A DNA stretch of 64,000 nucleotides from an uncultured delta proteobacterium (GTDB taxonomy: Bacteria; Myxococcota_A; Polyangia; Polyangiales; Polyangiaceae): the NCBI GenBank assembly GCA_963806225.1, contig CAWDXG010000004.1, positions 3,424,001 to 3,488,000 on the forward strand, in the 5' to 3' direction. Positions 9,254 to 19,014 of the stretch are shown here, one piece after another. Position 1 is the stretch's first letter; every line of letters starts with the position of its first letter. Below the pieces are notes generated by a model. The model saw only the letters and a program-made list of their open reading frames with translations. It did not search any database and was not told where the DNA came from. The translations under genes were made by a program, and so were the position numbers.

Positions 9254-10411
9254 ATGGGCGACGAGGCAACGAAAGTACGCGGAGCGCTCCCGGCGGGGCA
9301 CGTCGTCGGGGATCGCTACCGGATCGAACGCGTGATCGGCGACGGGGCGAGCGGCATCGTGTACGTGGCCGAGCGCGTCGGCGACGAGGACGGCGCCGTC
9401 GAGCGCGTCGCGCTCAAGGTCATCCACAGGCACCTGGTGCGGGATCGGCAGATCAGTCGCCGATTCGTCCGCGAGGCGAGCATCCTGCGCAAGCTGCGCT
9501 GCCCCAACCTGGTACCTCTGCTCGACTTCGGCGAGACCGACGACGGCATCCTGTACATGGCGCTGGAGCTGGTCGAAGGCCGCGCGCTGGACCAGTTGAT
9601 GCTGGAAGGGCCGCTCGAGATCCAGCGCAGCGTGGACATCGTCCGGCAGGTGTGTGCGGCGCTGGAGAGCGCCCACAGCGCCGGCATCGTCCATCGCGAT
9701 CTCAAGCCTGGCAACGTGACCATCGAGGCTGCCAGCGACGACGCGCCGGAGCGGGCCAGGGTGCTCGACTTCGGCATGGCGAAAGTGCTTCGCGGCAACG
9801 GCAACGACTCGCTGACCGCCCTCACGGAGCAGAACATGGTGTTCGGCACGCCCGAGTACATGGCGCCGGAGCAGGCGCGGGGCGACGAGGTCGATGCGCG
9901 CTGCGACGTGTACGCCGCCGGCGTGATGCTCTACGAGCTGCTCACCGGCTCGGTACCGTTCGAGTCGAGCACGCCCATCGGCATGATGACCGCCCACCTC
10001 ATGCAGGAGCCGCCGCCGCCGTCGAACCGCGCGCCGGGCCGGCGCATCTCGCCCGCGCTCGAGGCCGTCGTGCTGCACGCGCTCGCCAAGCGCGCGTCCG
10101 AACGCTACCCGAGCGCCGCAGCCCTGGCGGATGCGCTCGACAGGGCGCTCTCACGGCCCGCCGATGTCGCCTCGACCGCCCCGCCGCCGGCGCCGGACGA
10201 AGCGGACGACCTGGCGACCCGGGACACCGAGCACGCCATGGGCCCAGCCAGCACGCTGCGTCCCGCCGCGCCGGACGCCGCCGGGGATCGCGCCCCGGCA
10301 CTGGCCGAAGCGCCCGAGCGCCCGAGCAGGATGTGGATCGCCATCGCGGTGATCGCAGCGCTGCTGGGCATCGCGCTGGGCATCATCATGAGCCTGATGG
10401 CCGGCGCCTGA
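9254..10411 (+). CDS. Ser/Thr protein kinase with C-terminal membrane anchor
   Basis: GDGASG, VALK, HRDLKPGN, DFG and GTPEYMAPEQ motifs; hydrophobic C-terminal helix. Confidence 0.92.
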   Translation: MGDEATKVRGALPAGHVVGDRYRIERVIGDGASGIVYVAERVGDEDGAVERVALKVIHRHLVRDRQISRRFVREASILRKLRCPNLVPLLDFGETDDGILYMALELVEGRALDQLMLEGPLEIQRSVDIVRQVCAALESAHSAGIVHRDLKPGNVTIEAASDDAPERARVLDFGMAKVLRGNGNDSLTALTEQNMVFGTPEYMAPEQARGDEVDARCDVYAAGVMLYELLTGSVPFESSTPIGMMTAHLMQEPPPPSNRAPGRRISPALEAVVLHALAKRASERYPSAAALADALDRALSRPADVASTAPPPAPDEADDLATRDTEHAMGPASTLRPAAPDAAGDRAPALAEAPERPSRMWIAIAVIAALLGIALGIIMSLMAGA

Positions 10412-10641
10412 GCGGGACTCGGGGATTCTGGTCGGTGCGAGTGCAGCGGAAGGCGACGCCGGATCATAGCCCGAAGGGGATGGGCCCACGTACTCTATGT
10501 CGAGCTGTCGACTAGCATTGGCTACGGCCGTGGCGGGACGTTGGCCGGTGAAGTATTCTCCGTCGTGAGCCAAGGCTGGAAGGCACGATTTCGGCGCGTG
10601 ATTCCACTGAGCCTGCAAACCTTCTGCCCAGACCCGGTATC

Positions 10642-12234
10642 TTGACCCGCATCGTGAAGAGCGCGCCGCCCCTGCCGCCCAGCCGGCGGTCGGTGCCCCC
10701 GCGCGCGGGGACCGGCCCGCGCTACGTGGCCGGCGAGGTCATCGCGGACAAGTACCGCCTGATCAGCTTGATCGGCGAGGGTGGGATGGGCTGGGTCTGG
10801 GTGGCGCGCAACCTGGCGCTCGACGTGCAGGTCGCGCTGAAGCTGATCCGGAGCGACGTCGAGGCGGAAGGCGCCGCAGACCGGCTGCTGACCGAAGCCC
10901 GGGCCGCGGCGCGATTGAAGCATCCCAGCATCGTCAGGGTGTTCGATTTCGGCCGGACCCGCCGGCGCGATCCGTTCATCGTGATGGAGCTGCTCTCCGG
11001 CGAGAACCTGGGCGACATCATCCAGCGCGACGGTCGACTGGCAGCCACCGCCGCCGTGCAGCTGCTGCTGCCGATCGCGGAAGCACTGGCTGCGGCGCAC
11101 AGCAAGGGCATCGTCCACCGCGACCTCAAGCCGGACAACGTGTTCCTTGCCGAGTCCGACGGGCGGGTGCAACCCAAGGTGGTCGATTTCGGGATCGCCA
11201 AGGTCGAGGTCCAGGCCGGACAGCGCGACCAGAAGCTGACGCAGGCCGGCACCGTGCTCGGCAGCCCGGACTACATGTCGCCGGAACAGGCCCGCGGCGT
11301 CGAGGACATCGACCACCGCACCGATATCTGGTCGTTCTGCGTCGTGCTGTACGAGACCATCACCGGCCGGGTGCCCTTCGAGGACGACAACTACAACGCG
11401 CTGCTGCGAAGGATCATCGAAGACCCGGCACCCTCGACTGTCGATCTGGCCGCCGGGGACCAGGGCCTGTGGCAGATCATCGAAAAGGGCCTCGCCAAGG
11501 ACCGCAACGAGCGCTGGCAGAGCATGCGCGCGCTCGGCGAAGCCCTCGCCCTCTGGTTGTACTCGCACGGTGTGACCGAGGACGTGTACGGCCACTCGCT
11601 CCGGGCGGCCTGGCTCGACGGACCTGGTTCGAACCCCGATCTCCGCCTCAGCAGCCCGGTGCTGTCGCGCGCGTCGTTCACCGATCTGCCCATGCCGTCC
11701 CTGCCGCCACCCTCGGGCCGCGGCGAGGTCACGCAGGCCACGCCCGTCTCGCTGGCGCCGCCCCCGCTGGATGCCCCGGCACCCGCGGAAGACCCCCTGC
11801 CGGTACCGAAGCGCCGTACGGGTCTGTACATCGCACTCGGCAGCGCGCTGGCGCTCGTGCTCGGGGGCGTTCTGCTGGGCATCACGCTCGCCGGACGTAG
11901 TGCTCCGAACGCCACGAAGGCCCCCGCGCCGCAGAACGCGCAGGCGCCCGCGGTCGCGAAGGCGGCGAGTCCGGTAAAGGCCGTGCAGGCGGAAGCGACC
12001 GGGCTCGCGACGGCCTCCGCCACCGCACCTGCGACAGACTCCGCGGCGGCGCCCGCCACAGCCGAGCCTGCGAAGGCCAGCTCGCATCCGCCGGTCAAGG
12101 CGACCAGTACCCACAAGTCCGGCACGTCCCACAAGAAGGCAGCTCCGGCCGCGACCCAGCCGCCGAGGAAGCCGCCCCCACCGAAGCAGAAATCGAAGCT
12201 CAAAGATCCCTATGACGACAACCTTGGCTTCTAG
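10642..12234 (+). CDS. Transmembrane Ser/Thr protein kinase
   Basis: GEGGMG, VALK, HRDLKPDN, DFG and YMSPEQ motifs. TM helix, then an Ala/Pro/Lys tail ending DPYDDNLGF. Start codon uncertain. Confidence 0.92.
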   Translation: MTRIVKSAPPLPPSRRSVPPRAGTGPRYVAGEVIADKYRLISLIGEGGMGWVWVARNLALDVQVALKLIRSDVEAEGAADRLLTEARAAARLKHPSIVRVFDFGRTRRRDPFIVMELLSGENLGDIIQRDGRLAATAAVQLLLPIAEALAAAHSKGIVHRDLKPDNVFLAESDGRVQPKVVDFGIAKVEVQAGQRDQKLTQAGTVLGSPDYMSPEQARGVEDIDHRTDIWSFCVVLYETITGRVPFEDDNYNALLRRIIEDPAPSTVDLAAGDQGLWQIIEKGLAKDRNERWQSMRALGEALALWLYSHGVTEDVYGHSLRAAWLDGPGSNPDLRLSSPVLSRASFTDLPMPSLPPPSGRGEVTQATPVSLAPPPLDAPAPAEDPLPVPKRRTGLYIALGSALALVLGGVLLGITLAGRSAPNATKAPAPQNAQAPAVAKAASPVKAVQAEATGLATASATAPATDSAAAPATAEPAKASSHPPVKATSTHKSGTSHKKAAPAATQPPRKPPPPKQKSKLKDPYDDNLGF

Positions 12235-12253
12235 CCCGGCGCGCGGACGGCGG

Positions 12254-13309
12254 ATGGCGGCCGGGAGCGCGCTCTTTCTGGCCCTGGCGCTGGCTCTGCC
12301 CGCGACCGCCCAGCCCATCGACGACGCGACGCGGAACGCCGCGCGCGAGCTCGCCCACCGCGCCGGCGAGGCCTACAAGAAGGGCGACTACGAGACGGCG
12401 CAGGATCTCTACCACCGCTCCTACGCGCTGGTTCCTGCACCGACGCTGTCGCTACGCGAAGCGCGCGCTCTCGTCAAGCTCGGGCGGCTGGTCGAAGCGG
12501 CGGAAGCGTACGTGCGCACCACGCGCACCTCGCTCGAGTCCGACTCGCCCAAACCGTTCCGCGAGGCGGTGCAGCAGGCCTACGACGAGCTCGGCAAGCT
12601 TCGACCGCAGATCCCGCAGCTCAAGATCGTCGTGAAGGGCAAGACGAAGGACGACGGACAGCTGGCGGTGAAGATGGACGGCAAGCGCGTCTCGCCGGCA
12701 TTGATCGGCGTGGCCGGGCCCGCCGATCCCGGCACGCACAAGCTCACCGCCAAAACGGAAAGCGGCGCGAGCGCCAGCGGCACCATCACGTTGAAAGCGG
12801 GCGAGACCAAGTCGGTCGAGCTCGACCTCGACCACACGAACCTCAAAGCTCCGGGCTCCACCGCGACAACGCCCACAACGCCGAAGGACTCGAACCCGAA
12901 GCCCGTCACGCCGCCGCCGGGCGGCGACATGAACGGGACGTCGAAGCGCGGCTCGATGCAGCGCACGCTTGGCTTCGTGGGGCTCGGTGTCGGAGCCGCC
13001 GGGCTCGGCGCAGGAATTGTCACGGGCCTGATGGCCACCAGCCGCTACAAGAGCGCCGAGGACGAGTGCCCCGCGCACCGCTGCGTGGACGGGTCGCAGG
13101 GCGCAAAGGATCTCGACGCCTTCCGTTCGCTGCGCACCGTCTCGACGATCGGATACGTGGTCGGCGGCGTCGGCATCGCGGCGGGCGTGACACTGCTCCT
13201 CACGGCTCCGGAATCGAAGCCCGCCGCCGAGGCGCACGCGGCGCTCGACACGCCACGCTGGACTCCATACGTCGGACTCGGCTCCGCCGGGGTAGCAGGG
13301 ACTTTCTGA
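12254..13309 (+). CDS. Exported TPR + PEGA-like protein
   Basis: Signal peptide; TPR-like helices (YKKGDYETAQDLYHRSY...LGRLVEAAEAY); PEGA-like segment (DPGTHKLTAK); Gly-rich hydrophobic hairpin; C-terminal beta-strand ending GVAGTF. Confidence 0.7.
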   Translation: MAAGSALFLALALALPATAQPIDDATRNAARELAHRAGEAYKKGDYETAQDLYHRSYALVPAPTLSLREARALVKLGRLVEAAEAYVRTTRTSLESDSPKPFREAVQQAYDELGKLRPQIPQLKIVVKGKTKDDGQLAVKMDGKRVSPALIGVAGPADPGTHKLTAKTESGASASGTITLKAGETKSVELDLDHTNLKAPGSTATTPTTPKDSNPKPVTPPPGGDMNGTSKRGSMQRTLGFVGLGVGAAGLGAGIVTGLMATSRYKSAEDECPAHRCVDGSQGAKDLDAFRSLRTVSTIGYVVGGVGIAAGVTLLLTAPESKPAAEAHAALDTPRWTPYVGLGSAGVAGTF

Positions 13310-13310
13310 G

Positions 13311-15932
13311 ATGAGCGGAAGACTGTCTCGCCTGTTCTGCCACATCCTTTTCCTCTCGCTGATGGCGCTGGTGGTGTCGGGCTGCCCGGCGCTGAGCAAG
13401 GACGACTTCCAGAAGGGCGCCGCGCGCGACGCGAGCGTCGGCGGCAATGCCGGCGTCGGCGGCACGGGGGGCAGCGCGGGCACCGATGCGTCCGCCGGCA
13501 CGGGCGGCGTCGCCGGCGACGCCGGCAAGGACGCCGACGCCGAAGCGACTCCGTGCGCCAACTGCACGGCAGGGCAGACCTGCTGCGACAACGCCTGCGT
13601 GAACCTGAACAACGACGAAGCCAACTGCGGCAAGTGCGGCACGGGCTGCCCCGGTACGATCTGCAACAGTGGCTCCTGTTCCAACAGCTGCGCCGCCGGC
13701 TTCCTCGACTGCGACCAGAATGTCGTCACCGGCTGCGAGGTCAACGCCGCGACGGATACGGACAACTGCGGCAGCTGCGGCGTGAAGTGCGCGATCGGCG
13801 CCAACTGCGAAAACGGCAGCTGCAAGTGCGCGGCGGGCAGCGCGGACTGCGACGGCGATCCGACCAACGGCTGCGAGACCGACATCGGCACCGACGCCGC
13901 CAACTGCGGCGCGTGCGGCAAGAGCTGCGGCGCCAACGAGGAGTGCAGTGGCGGGACCTGCGGCTGCGCGGCGGGCTTTGCCGACTGCAACAGCGACCCG
14001 AACGACGGCTGCGAGGTCGATAAGACGAGCGACCCCCTGCACTGCGGCGCGTGCAACAACGACTGCGGCCAGAACAGCACATGCAGCGCCGGCAGCTGCG
14101 GCTGTCTGACGGGCTACCTCGACTGCGACTCCGGAACGCCCGGTTGCGAGACGGCGCAGACCGACCCGAACAACTGCGGCAGCTGCGGCACCATCTGCAG
14201 CGGCTCGACCTCGCTCTGCGACGGCACCAGCTGCCAGGCGTCCTGCACCACCGGCACGCTCTGCGGCAACTCGTGCGTCGACACGCAGACCGACCCGAAC
14301 AACTGCGGCGGCTGCAGCGTCGCCGTTGGCGCGAACCAGGAGTGCGTGAACGGCACCCCCACCTGCCTGGCCAACTTCGCCGACTGCAACGGCCAGGCCT
14401 CGGACGGCTGCGAGGTCGACACGCGCAGCGACGCGACCCACTGCGGGACCTGCGCGAATGCGTGCAAGCCCGGCGCCATCTGCTCGAGCTCGCAGTGCCA
14501 GTGCGCGGCTACCACGCCCAATGACTGCGGCAGCGCCTGCCAGGAATGCTGCGACGCCTCCCAGTGCAGCGACGCCAACGGCTGCACGACCAACAGCTGC
14601 GTCGGCGGCAGCTGTACGTTCAGTGCGGTCTGCGCGGGCGGCGGCGTGTGCTGCGGGCAGCAGGCCTGCTTCGAGTGCTGCGGCGATTCCGACTGCACCG
14701 GCGGCAAGGTGTGCAGCGGCAACATGTGCGTCTCCTCGACGTGCAGCGGCGGCACGGTGCTGTGCAACGGCCAGTGCATCGACCTCACGAACAACGCCGA
14801 GAACTGCGGCGGCTGCGGCAATTCGTGCGGCGCCGGCCGTACCTGCTCGACCAGCCAGTGCACGCCCAACTGGGTCAAGATGCCGACCGCGTCGATCGGG
14901 GCACGCAGCCGCACGGCCTACACCTGGACCGGCACGAACGTCTTCATCTGGGGCGGCGAGAACTCGAGCAAGCAGGTGGTGGCCACCGGCGCCTTGTACG
15001 ATCCGGTCGCGAACAGCTGGAGCTCGGTGGGCTCGGGCGGCTCGCCGCCCGCGGCCCGCGAGCTGGCCACCGCCGTGTGGACAGGCAGCACGGTCGTCGT
15101 CTGGGGTGGCGGCGACGCGGCGGGCGCCGCCTACAACACCGGCTCGGTCTACGACCCGACCACGAGCACCTGGACGAAGATGAGCATCACCGGAGCTCCG
15201 CCGGCGATGCGCGCTCCGGTGGGCGTCTGGACGGGCTCGCGCGTGCTGTTCTGGGGCGGCCTCGACGGCAGCGGTTCGCCGGTCGCCGGCGCCTGGCTCT
15301 ACGACCCCGGCAACGATGCCTGGACGCAGGCGAGCACGACCGGCGACCCCGGCGGGATCGCGGCGGCCGCCACGGGTTTCTCCGGCACCACGCTCTACAT
15401 CTACGGGGGCGAGCCGGGCGGCTCCGGCCAGAGCAGCGCCCTGTACAGCTACGCCCCCGGGACCGACGCGTGGAAGACGCTCACCGGCGGCTGGAGCTCC
15501 CGCTACGCTGCGTTCGGGCGTTGGGACGGCAGCTACTTCATCGTGTGGGGCGGGCAGAAGAACGGCAAGCCCAACGCCTTTGCAGACGGCAAGCGCTACG
15601 ATCCGACGGGCGACGCCTGGACGGCGATGAGCGACACCGGCGTCCCTTCCTCGCGCTGGGCCCCCCCGCTCCGCAAGACAGGCTGGACGGCGCGCATCAG
15701 CGGCAGCCAGACGCTGATCCTGGGCGGCCTGGGCCCGAACGCGGCCACCGACATCCGCACCGACGGGGCGATCTACACGTCGACCACGAACACCTGGGCC
15801 TCGGTCAAGGCGTGGCCCTCGGGCGAGTCGCACCTGTGGGGCGCGGGCGTCTGGACCGGCTCCGAGTTCGTGCTCTGGGGCGGCATCAACGGCGCGGCTC
15901 CCACGGCGACCGGCGAGCGGTTCCGGCCCTGA
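13311..15932 (+). CDS. Cys-rich repeat lipoprotein with C-terminal Kelch-type beta-propeller
   Basis: Lipobox VVSGC, Gly/Asp linker, repeated D-x-x-(N/H)CG-x-C and DC..GCE units, and about six Kelch-like repeats (VWTG..IWGG...YDP..W). Confidence 0.8.
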   Translation: MSGRLSRLFCHILFLSLMALVVSGCPALSKDDFQKGAARDASVGGNAGVGGTGGSAGTDASAGTGGVAGDAGKDADAEATPCANCTAGQTCCDNACVNLNNDEANCGKCGTGCPGTICNSGSCSNSCAAGFLDCDQNVVTGCEVNAATDTDNCGSCGVKCAIGANCENGSCKCAAGSADCDGDPTNGCETDIGTDAANCGACGKSCGANEECSGGTCGCAAGFADCNSDPNDGCEVDKTSDPLHCGACNNDCGQNSTCSAGSCGCLTGYLDCDSGTPGCETAQTDPNNCGSCGTICSGSTSLCDGTSCQASCTTGTLCGNSCVDTQTDPNNCGGCSVAVGANQECVNGTPTCLANFADCNGQASDGCEVDTRSDATHCGTCANACKPGAICSSSQCQCAATTPNDCGSACQECCDASQCSDANGCTTNSCVGGSCTFSAVCAGGGVCCGQQACFECCGDSDCTGGKVCSGNMCVSSTCSGGTVLCNGQCIDLTNNAENCGGCGNSCGAGRTCSTSQCTPNWVKMPTASIGARSRTAYTWTGTNVFIWGGENSSKQVVATGALYDPVANSWSSVGSGGSPPAARELATAVWTGSTVVVWGGGDAAGAAYNTGSVYDPTTSTWTKMSITGAPPAMRAPVGVWTGSRVLFWGGLDGSGSPVAGAWLYDPGNDAWTQASTTGDPGGIAAAATGFSGTTLYIYGGEPGGSGQSSALYSYAPGTDAWKTLTGGWSSRYAAFGRWDGSYFIVWGGQKNGKPNAFADGKRYDPTGDAWTAMSDTGVPSSRWAPPLRKTGWTARISGSQTLILGGLGPNAATDIRTDGAIYTSTTNTWASVKAWPSGESHLWGAGVWTGSEFVLWGGINGAAPTATGERFRP

Positions 15933-15989
15933 TCGTGCGGCCGACATTGTGCCGGGCATCGCGCGCGGCGACGTCGTAGTCTCCCCGCC

Positions 15990-16901
15990 GTGAGCACGCC
16001 GCTCTACGAGGCCCTGGACTGGGGCAAGCTCGCCCCGCTCCGGCTCAGGGCGCGGAGCGTGGCCGACGGCCTGTACGCTGGCGGGCACCGCAGCCCGCGT
16101 CGCGGCGCGGGTGTGGAGTTCGGAGGGCATCGCGCCTACGTGCCGGGTGACGATCTGCGCTGGCTCGATCGGCGCGCGCTGATGCGGCACGGACGGCTGC
16201 TGGTCCGCGAGTTCGAGTCCGAGACGGACCGCGCGCTTCGCCTGCTGGTGGATGCGAGCGCGTCGATGGCCTACCGCAGCGAGCGCGCACCGGGAGCGAA
16301 GCTCGCCTTCGCCGCCATCGTGGCGGCTGCGCTCGCGCGCGTCGCCCTGGCCAGCGGCGACCCGGTCGCGCTCGACTGGTTGGGAGGCGCGGAACGTCGC
16401 CCGCTCCCGGCCATGGGCGGACGCGAAGCTTTCGATCGCGTGGTCGGCGCTCTGGAGGCCGTCAGGCCCGGAGGCGATCTCACGCTCGATCTTGCCGGCG
16501 TCGAGCGGTCGGTGGCGCCGGTAGCGCGCCATGCGCGCCGTGGGTCGGTGATCGTGTTGCTCAGCGATCTTCTCGACCTTCCGGAAGGGACGCTGGATCG
16601 CTTCGCCGCGCTGGCCACGCGCGGCCGGACGCTCATCGCCGTGCGCGTCCTCGACCCGGTCGAAGCCGAGTTCTCGTTCGAAGGCCCGGTGCGCCTCCGT
16701 GCCAGCGAAGGTGGGACTCTGGTGGAGACCGACGCGGGCGCTGCGCGCGCGGAATACCTTGCGGCTCTCGAGCACATCGCGACCCGCTGGGACGATCGCC
16801 TGCTCGAGCACGGCGGTCGGCTGGTGCGCGCGCTCACCACGGACGACCCCGCCGACACCGTGCGCGCCGTGCTGGCCGCGGCCTGGGGCGGCCCGTCGTG
16901 A
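15990..16901 (+). CDS. DUF58 domain protein
   Basis: GAGVEFGGHRAYVPGDDLRWLD, VREFESE, LVDASASM and LLSD motifs. Confidence 0.9.
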   Translation: MSTPLYEALDWGKLAPLRLRARSVADGLYAGGHRSPRRGAGVEFGGHRAYVPGDDLRWLDRRALMRHGRLLVREFESETDRALRLLVDASASMAYRSERAPGAKLAFAAIVAAALARVALASGDPVALDWLGGAERRPLPAMGGREAFDRVVGALEAVRPGGDLTLDLAGVERSVAPVARHARRGSVIVLLSDLLDLPEGTLDRFAALATRGRTLIAVRVLDPVEAEFSFEGPVRLRASEGGTLVETDAGAARAEYLAALEHIATRWDDRLLEHGGRLVRALTTDDPADTVRAVLAAAWGGPS

Positions 16902-18946
16902 CGTTCCTGGTTGCGGCTGCGCTCGCGATCGGGCTGCTGGTCGCGATACCCGTCGCGGCGCACCTGCTGCGTCGCGGTCGGGCCAACGAGCGGGAATTTC
17001 CGCCGGCCGCGCTGGTCCCCGCACAGCCGCCGGTCGCCAGGCAGCGCAGCCGCATCGAGGATCGCGCACTTCTGGCCCTCAGGGCGCTGATGATCCTCGG
17101 GTTGGCGGTGCTGGGAGCGACGCCGCTGGTGCGCTGCTCCCGGCTCTCGCTCTCGCGACCGTCCGGAGCCTCGGTCGCGCTGGCGCTGGTGATCGACGAC
17201 TCGCTCAGCATGCGCGCCACGGTCGACGGCGAGTCACGCTGGAAGCGGGCAATCGAGGGCGCATCCCAGCTACTGAAGTCCGCGCGCGAGGGCGACGCGA
17301 TCGCGATCGTGCTGGCGGGTCGTCCGGCGCGGCTGGCACTCGCCGGGACGACCGATCTCGGCGCCGCGCGCCGCGCACTCGACGAGCTGGCGCCCAGCGA
17401 CCGCTCTACCGATCTCGCTGGTGCCGTCCAGATCGCCCGCTCCGCGCTGAAGCAGCTGCCCCAGGTGGACAAGCGCATCGCACTCTTCAGCGATCTCGCT
17501 GGCGCACGCATCCCGGACGGCACGCCGGCACCCTGGCTGCCGCTGCCGGTGCTGGAGCGCCCGGTCGCCGACTGCGGCGTGATCTCGGGCGAGCAGCACG
17601 GAAAACGCGTGACGGCGCGCGTGGCCTGCTCGGCGGCGGCCGCGGCGCGCGGGCGGGAGCTCCGGGCGATCAGCGGCAAGCCTGGAGCCCGGCCCGCGGA
17701 TGCCGGAAAAGGCGCCGGCCGGTCCGACCCGAGCACCCCCGCCGGAAAGGTAGTGGCCCACGCGGCGCTCGCGCCACGCGCCGGCACGCAGACCGTACAG
17801 CTCGATCTGCCCGTGTCGGTCCCCATCGCCGAGCTCGAGCTGAAGGGGGACGACGCTCTCGGGCATGACGACCGGGCGCCGGTGACCGCGCGAAGCAGCG
17901 CGCTCGAGGTCGCCGTCGTGACCGACGTGTCGACGGGCTCGGTCACCACGGGCGGCCCCACGATCCTCGAGCAGGCTCTCTCCGCGCTCGACAGCGGCTC
18001 GGTGACCCGGCCGCTCGCGCTCGTCCCCGACGACGAGCACGAGCTCGAGCCCTTTGCCGCCCTGATCCTGGACGACCCCGCGGGACTGTCGCCGGAAAGC
18101 CGCAGCGCGCTCGCGAAGTGGCTGCGCCACGGCGGGGTTGCCATGGCGCTCCTGGGCCCGCGCGCCGAGACAGCGCAGCTCGGCGTGACGCTCGAGCCTT
18201 TCGCGACAGGTGCCGTGCACTGGGAGACGCCTGCCGGCTCGACGAGCATCGCCGCGAAGACGCTCTCCTGGCTCGGCAGCGAAGGCTCCAGCCTCGACAA
18301 GCTCCACCCGAAGGGGCGCGCACGACTCGACGGAGCGGAGCCCGCCGGCGCGCGGGTGAGCGCTCGCTGGAAGGACTCGCGGCCCTTCATCCTGGAGCGG
18401 CGCGTGGGGCGCGGTCTGGTGCTGAGCGTGGGCCTGCCGTCGTCGGCGTCGGAGAGCGATTTCGCGCTCCGCCCGGGATTTTTGGCACTGCTCGACCACG
18501 CCATCAAGCAGGCGCTCAAGCGTTCGGGTCCGCGGCGGAGCGTGGCCGGAGCGACGTGGAGCTTTTCCACCAACGCGGTGTCGATCGCGGGCCCGGACGG
18601 ACCGGTCCCCGTGCGCGATCCGGGTGGGAGCGAAGCGACGGACGACGATGCCGCCCCGGCAAAGGTCGCGGTGGTCGGTGTGCTCGGCCGCTACCTGGTG
18701 AAAACCGACGGCGAGACGCACACGCGCATCGTGACGCTCGATCCCGCGGAGATCACCACGCGCCCCACGAAGCCGGCCCGGGCGCTCCGCGCCGCGGCGG
18801 GCGGCACCGGCCGGACCCAGGTGGATGCCTCTCCGGGCGTCGCTCTGGCGCTGCTCGGCCTGCTCGCGCTCGAGCTCCTGCTGCGGCTAGCCGGCCCGTT
18901 GGGTCGCCGCAGACGCCGGGGCGCGGGGGCGGCCGCACGCACATGA
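16898..18946 (+). CDS. BatA + vWA domain membrane protein
   Basis: BatA-like N-terminus (IPVAAHLL...FP), MIDAS motif IDDSLSM, STD and FSD motifs, C-terminal TM. GTGA overlap with the DUF58 gene. Confidence 0.8.
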   Translation: MTFLVAAALAIGLLVAIPVAAHLLRRGRANEREFPPAALVPAQPPVARQRSRIEDRALLALRALMILGLAVLGATPLVRCSRLSLSRPSGASVALALVIDDSLSMRATVDGESRWKRAIEGASQLLKSAREGDAIAIVLAGRPARLALAGTTDLGAARRALDELAPSDRSTDLAGAVQIARSALKQLPQVDKRIALFSDLAGARIPDGTPAPWLPLPVLERPVADCGVISGEQHGKRVTARVACSAAAAARGRELRAISGKPGARPADAGKGAGRSDPSTPAGKVVAHAALAPRAGTQTVQLDLPVSVPIAELELKGDDALGHDDRAPVTARSSALEVAVVTDVSTGSVTTGGPTILEQALSALDSGSVTRPLALVPDDEHELEPFAALILDDPAGLSPESRSALAKWLRHGGVAMALLGPRAETAQLGVTLEPFATGAVHWETPAGSTSIAAKTLSWLGSEGSSLDKLHPKGRARLDGAEPAGARVSARWKDSRPFILERRVGRGLVLSVGLPSSASESDFALRPGFLALLDHAIKQALKRSGPRRSVAGATWSFSTNAVSIAGPDGPVPVRDPGGSEATDDDAAPAKVAVVGVLGRYLVKTDGETHTRIVTLDPAEITTRPTKPARALRAAAGGTGRTQVDASPGVALALLGLLALELLLRLAGPLGRRRRRGAGAAART

Positions 18947-19014
18947 GGGCACGACCTGCGGTCGATTCCCACTCGAGTCGGGAAATCTCGCGGAGTTGGT
19001 GATAAGGCAGCGGC

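Noticed and set aside
10581..10596. sigma-54-like AGGCACGATTTCGGC upstream of the kinase at 10642
   Set aside because: GG-N10-GC spacing is right, but both the leading T and the -12 TT are missing. This is too weak in GC-rich DNA.
13200..17069. 1289-aa minus-strand ORF and many other long antisense or alternate-frame ORFs
   Set aside because: These are shadow ORFs caused by high GC and strong codon bias. They are Arg/Ala/Gly-rich, have no motifs, and overlap well-supported genes.
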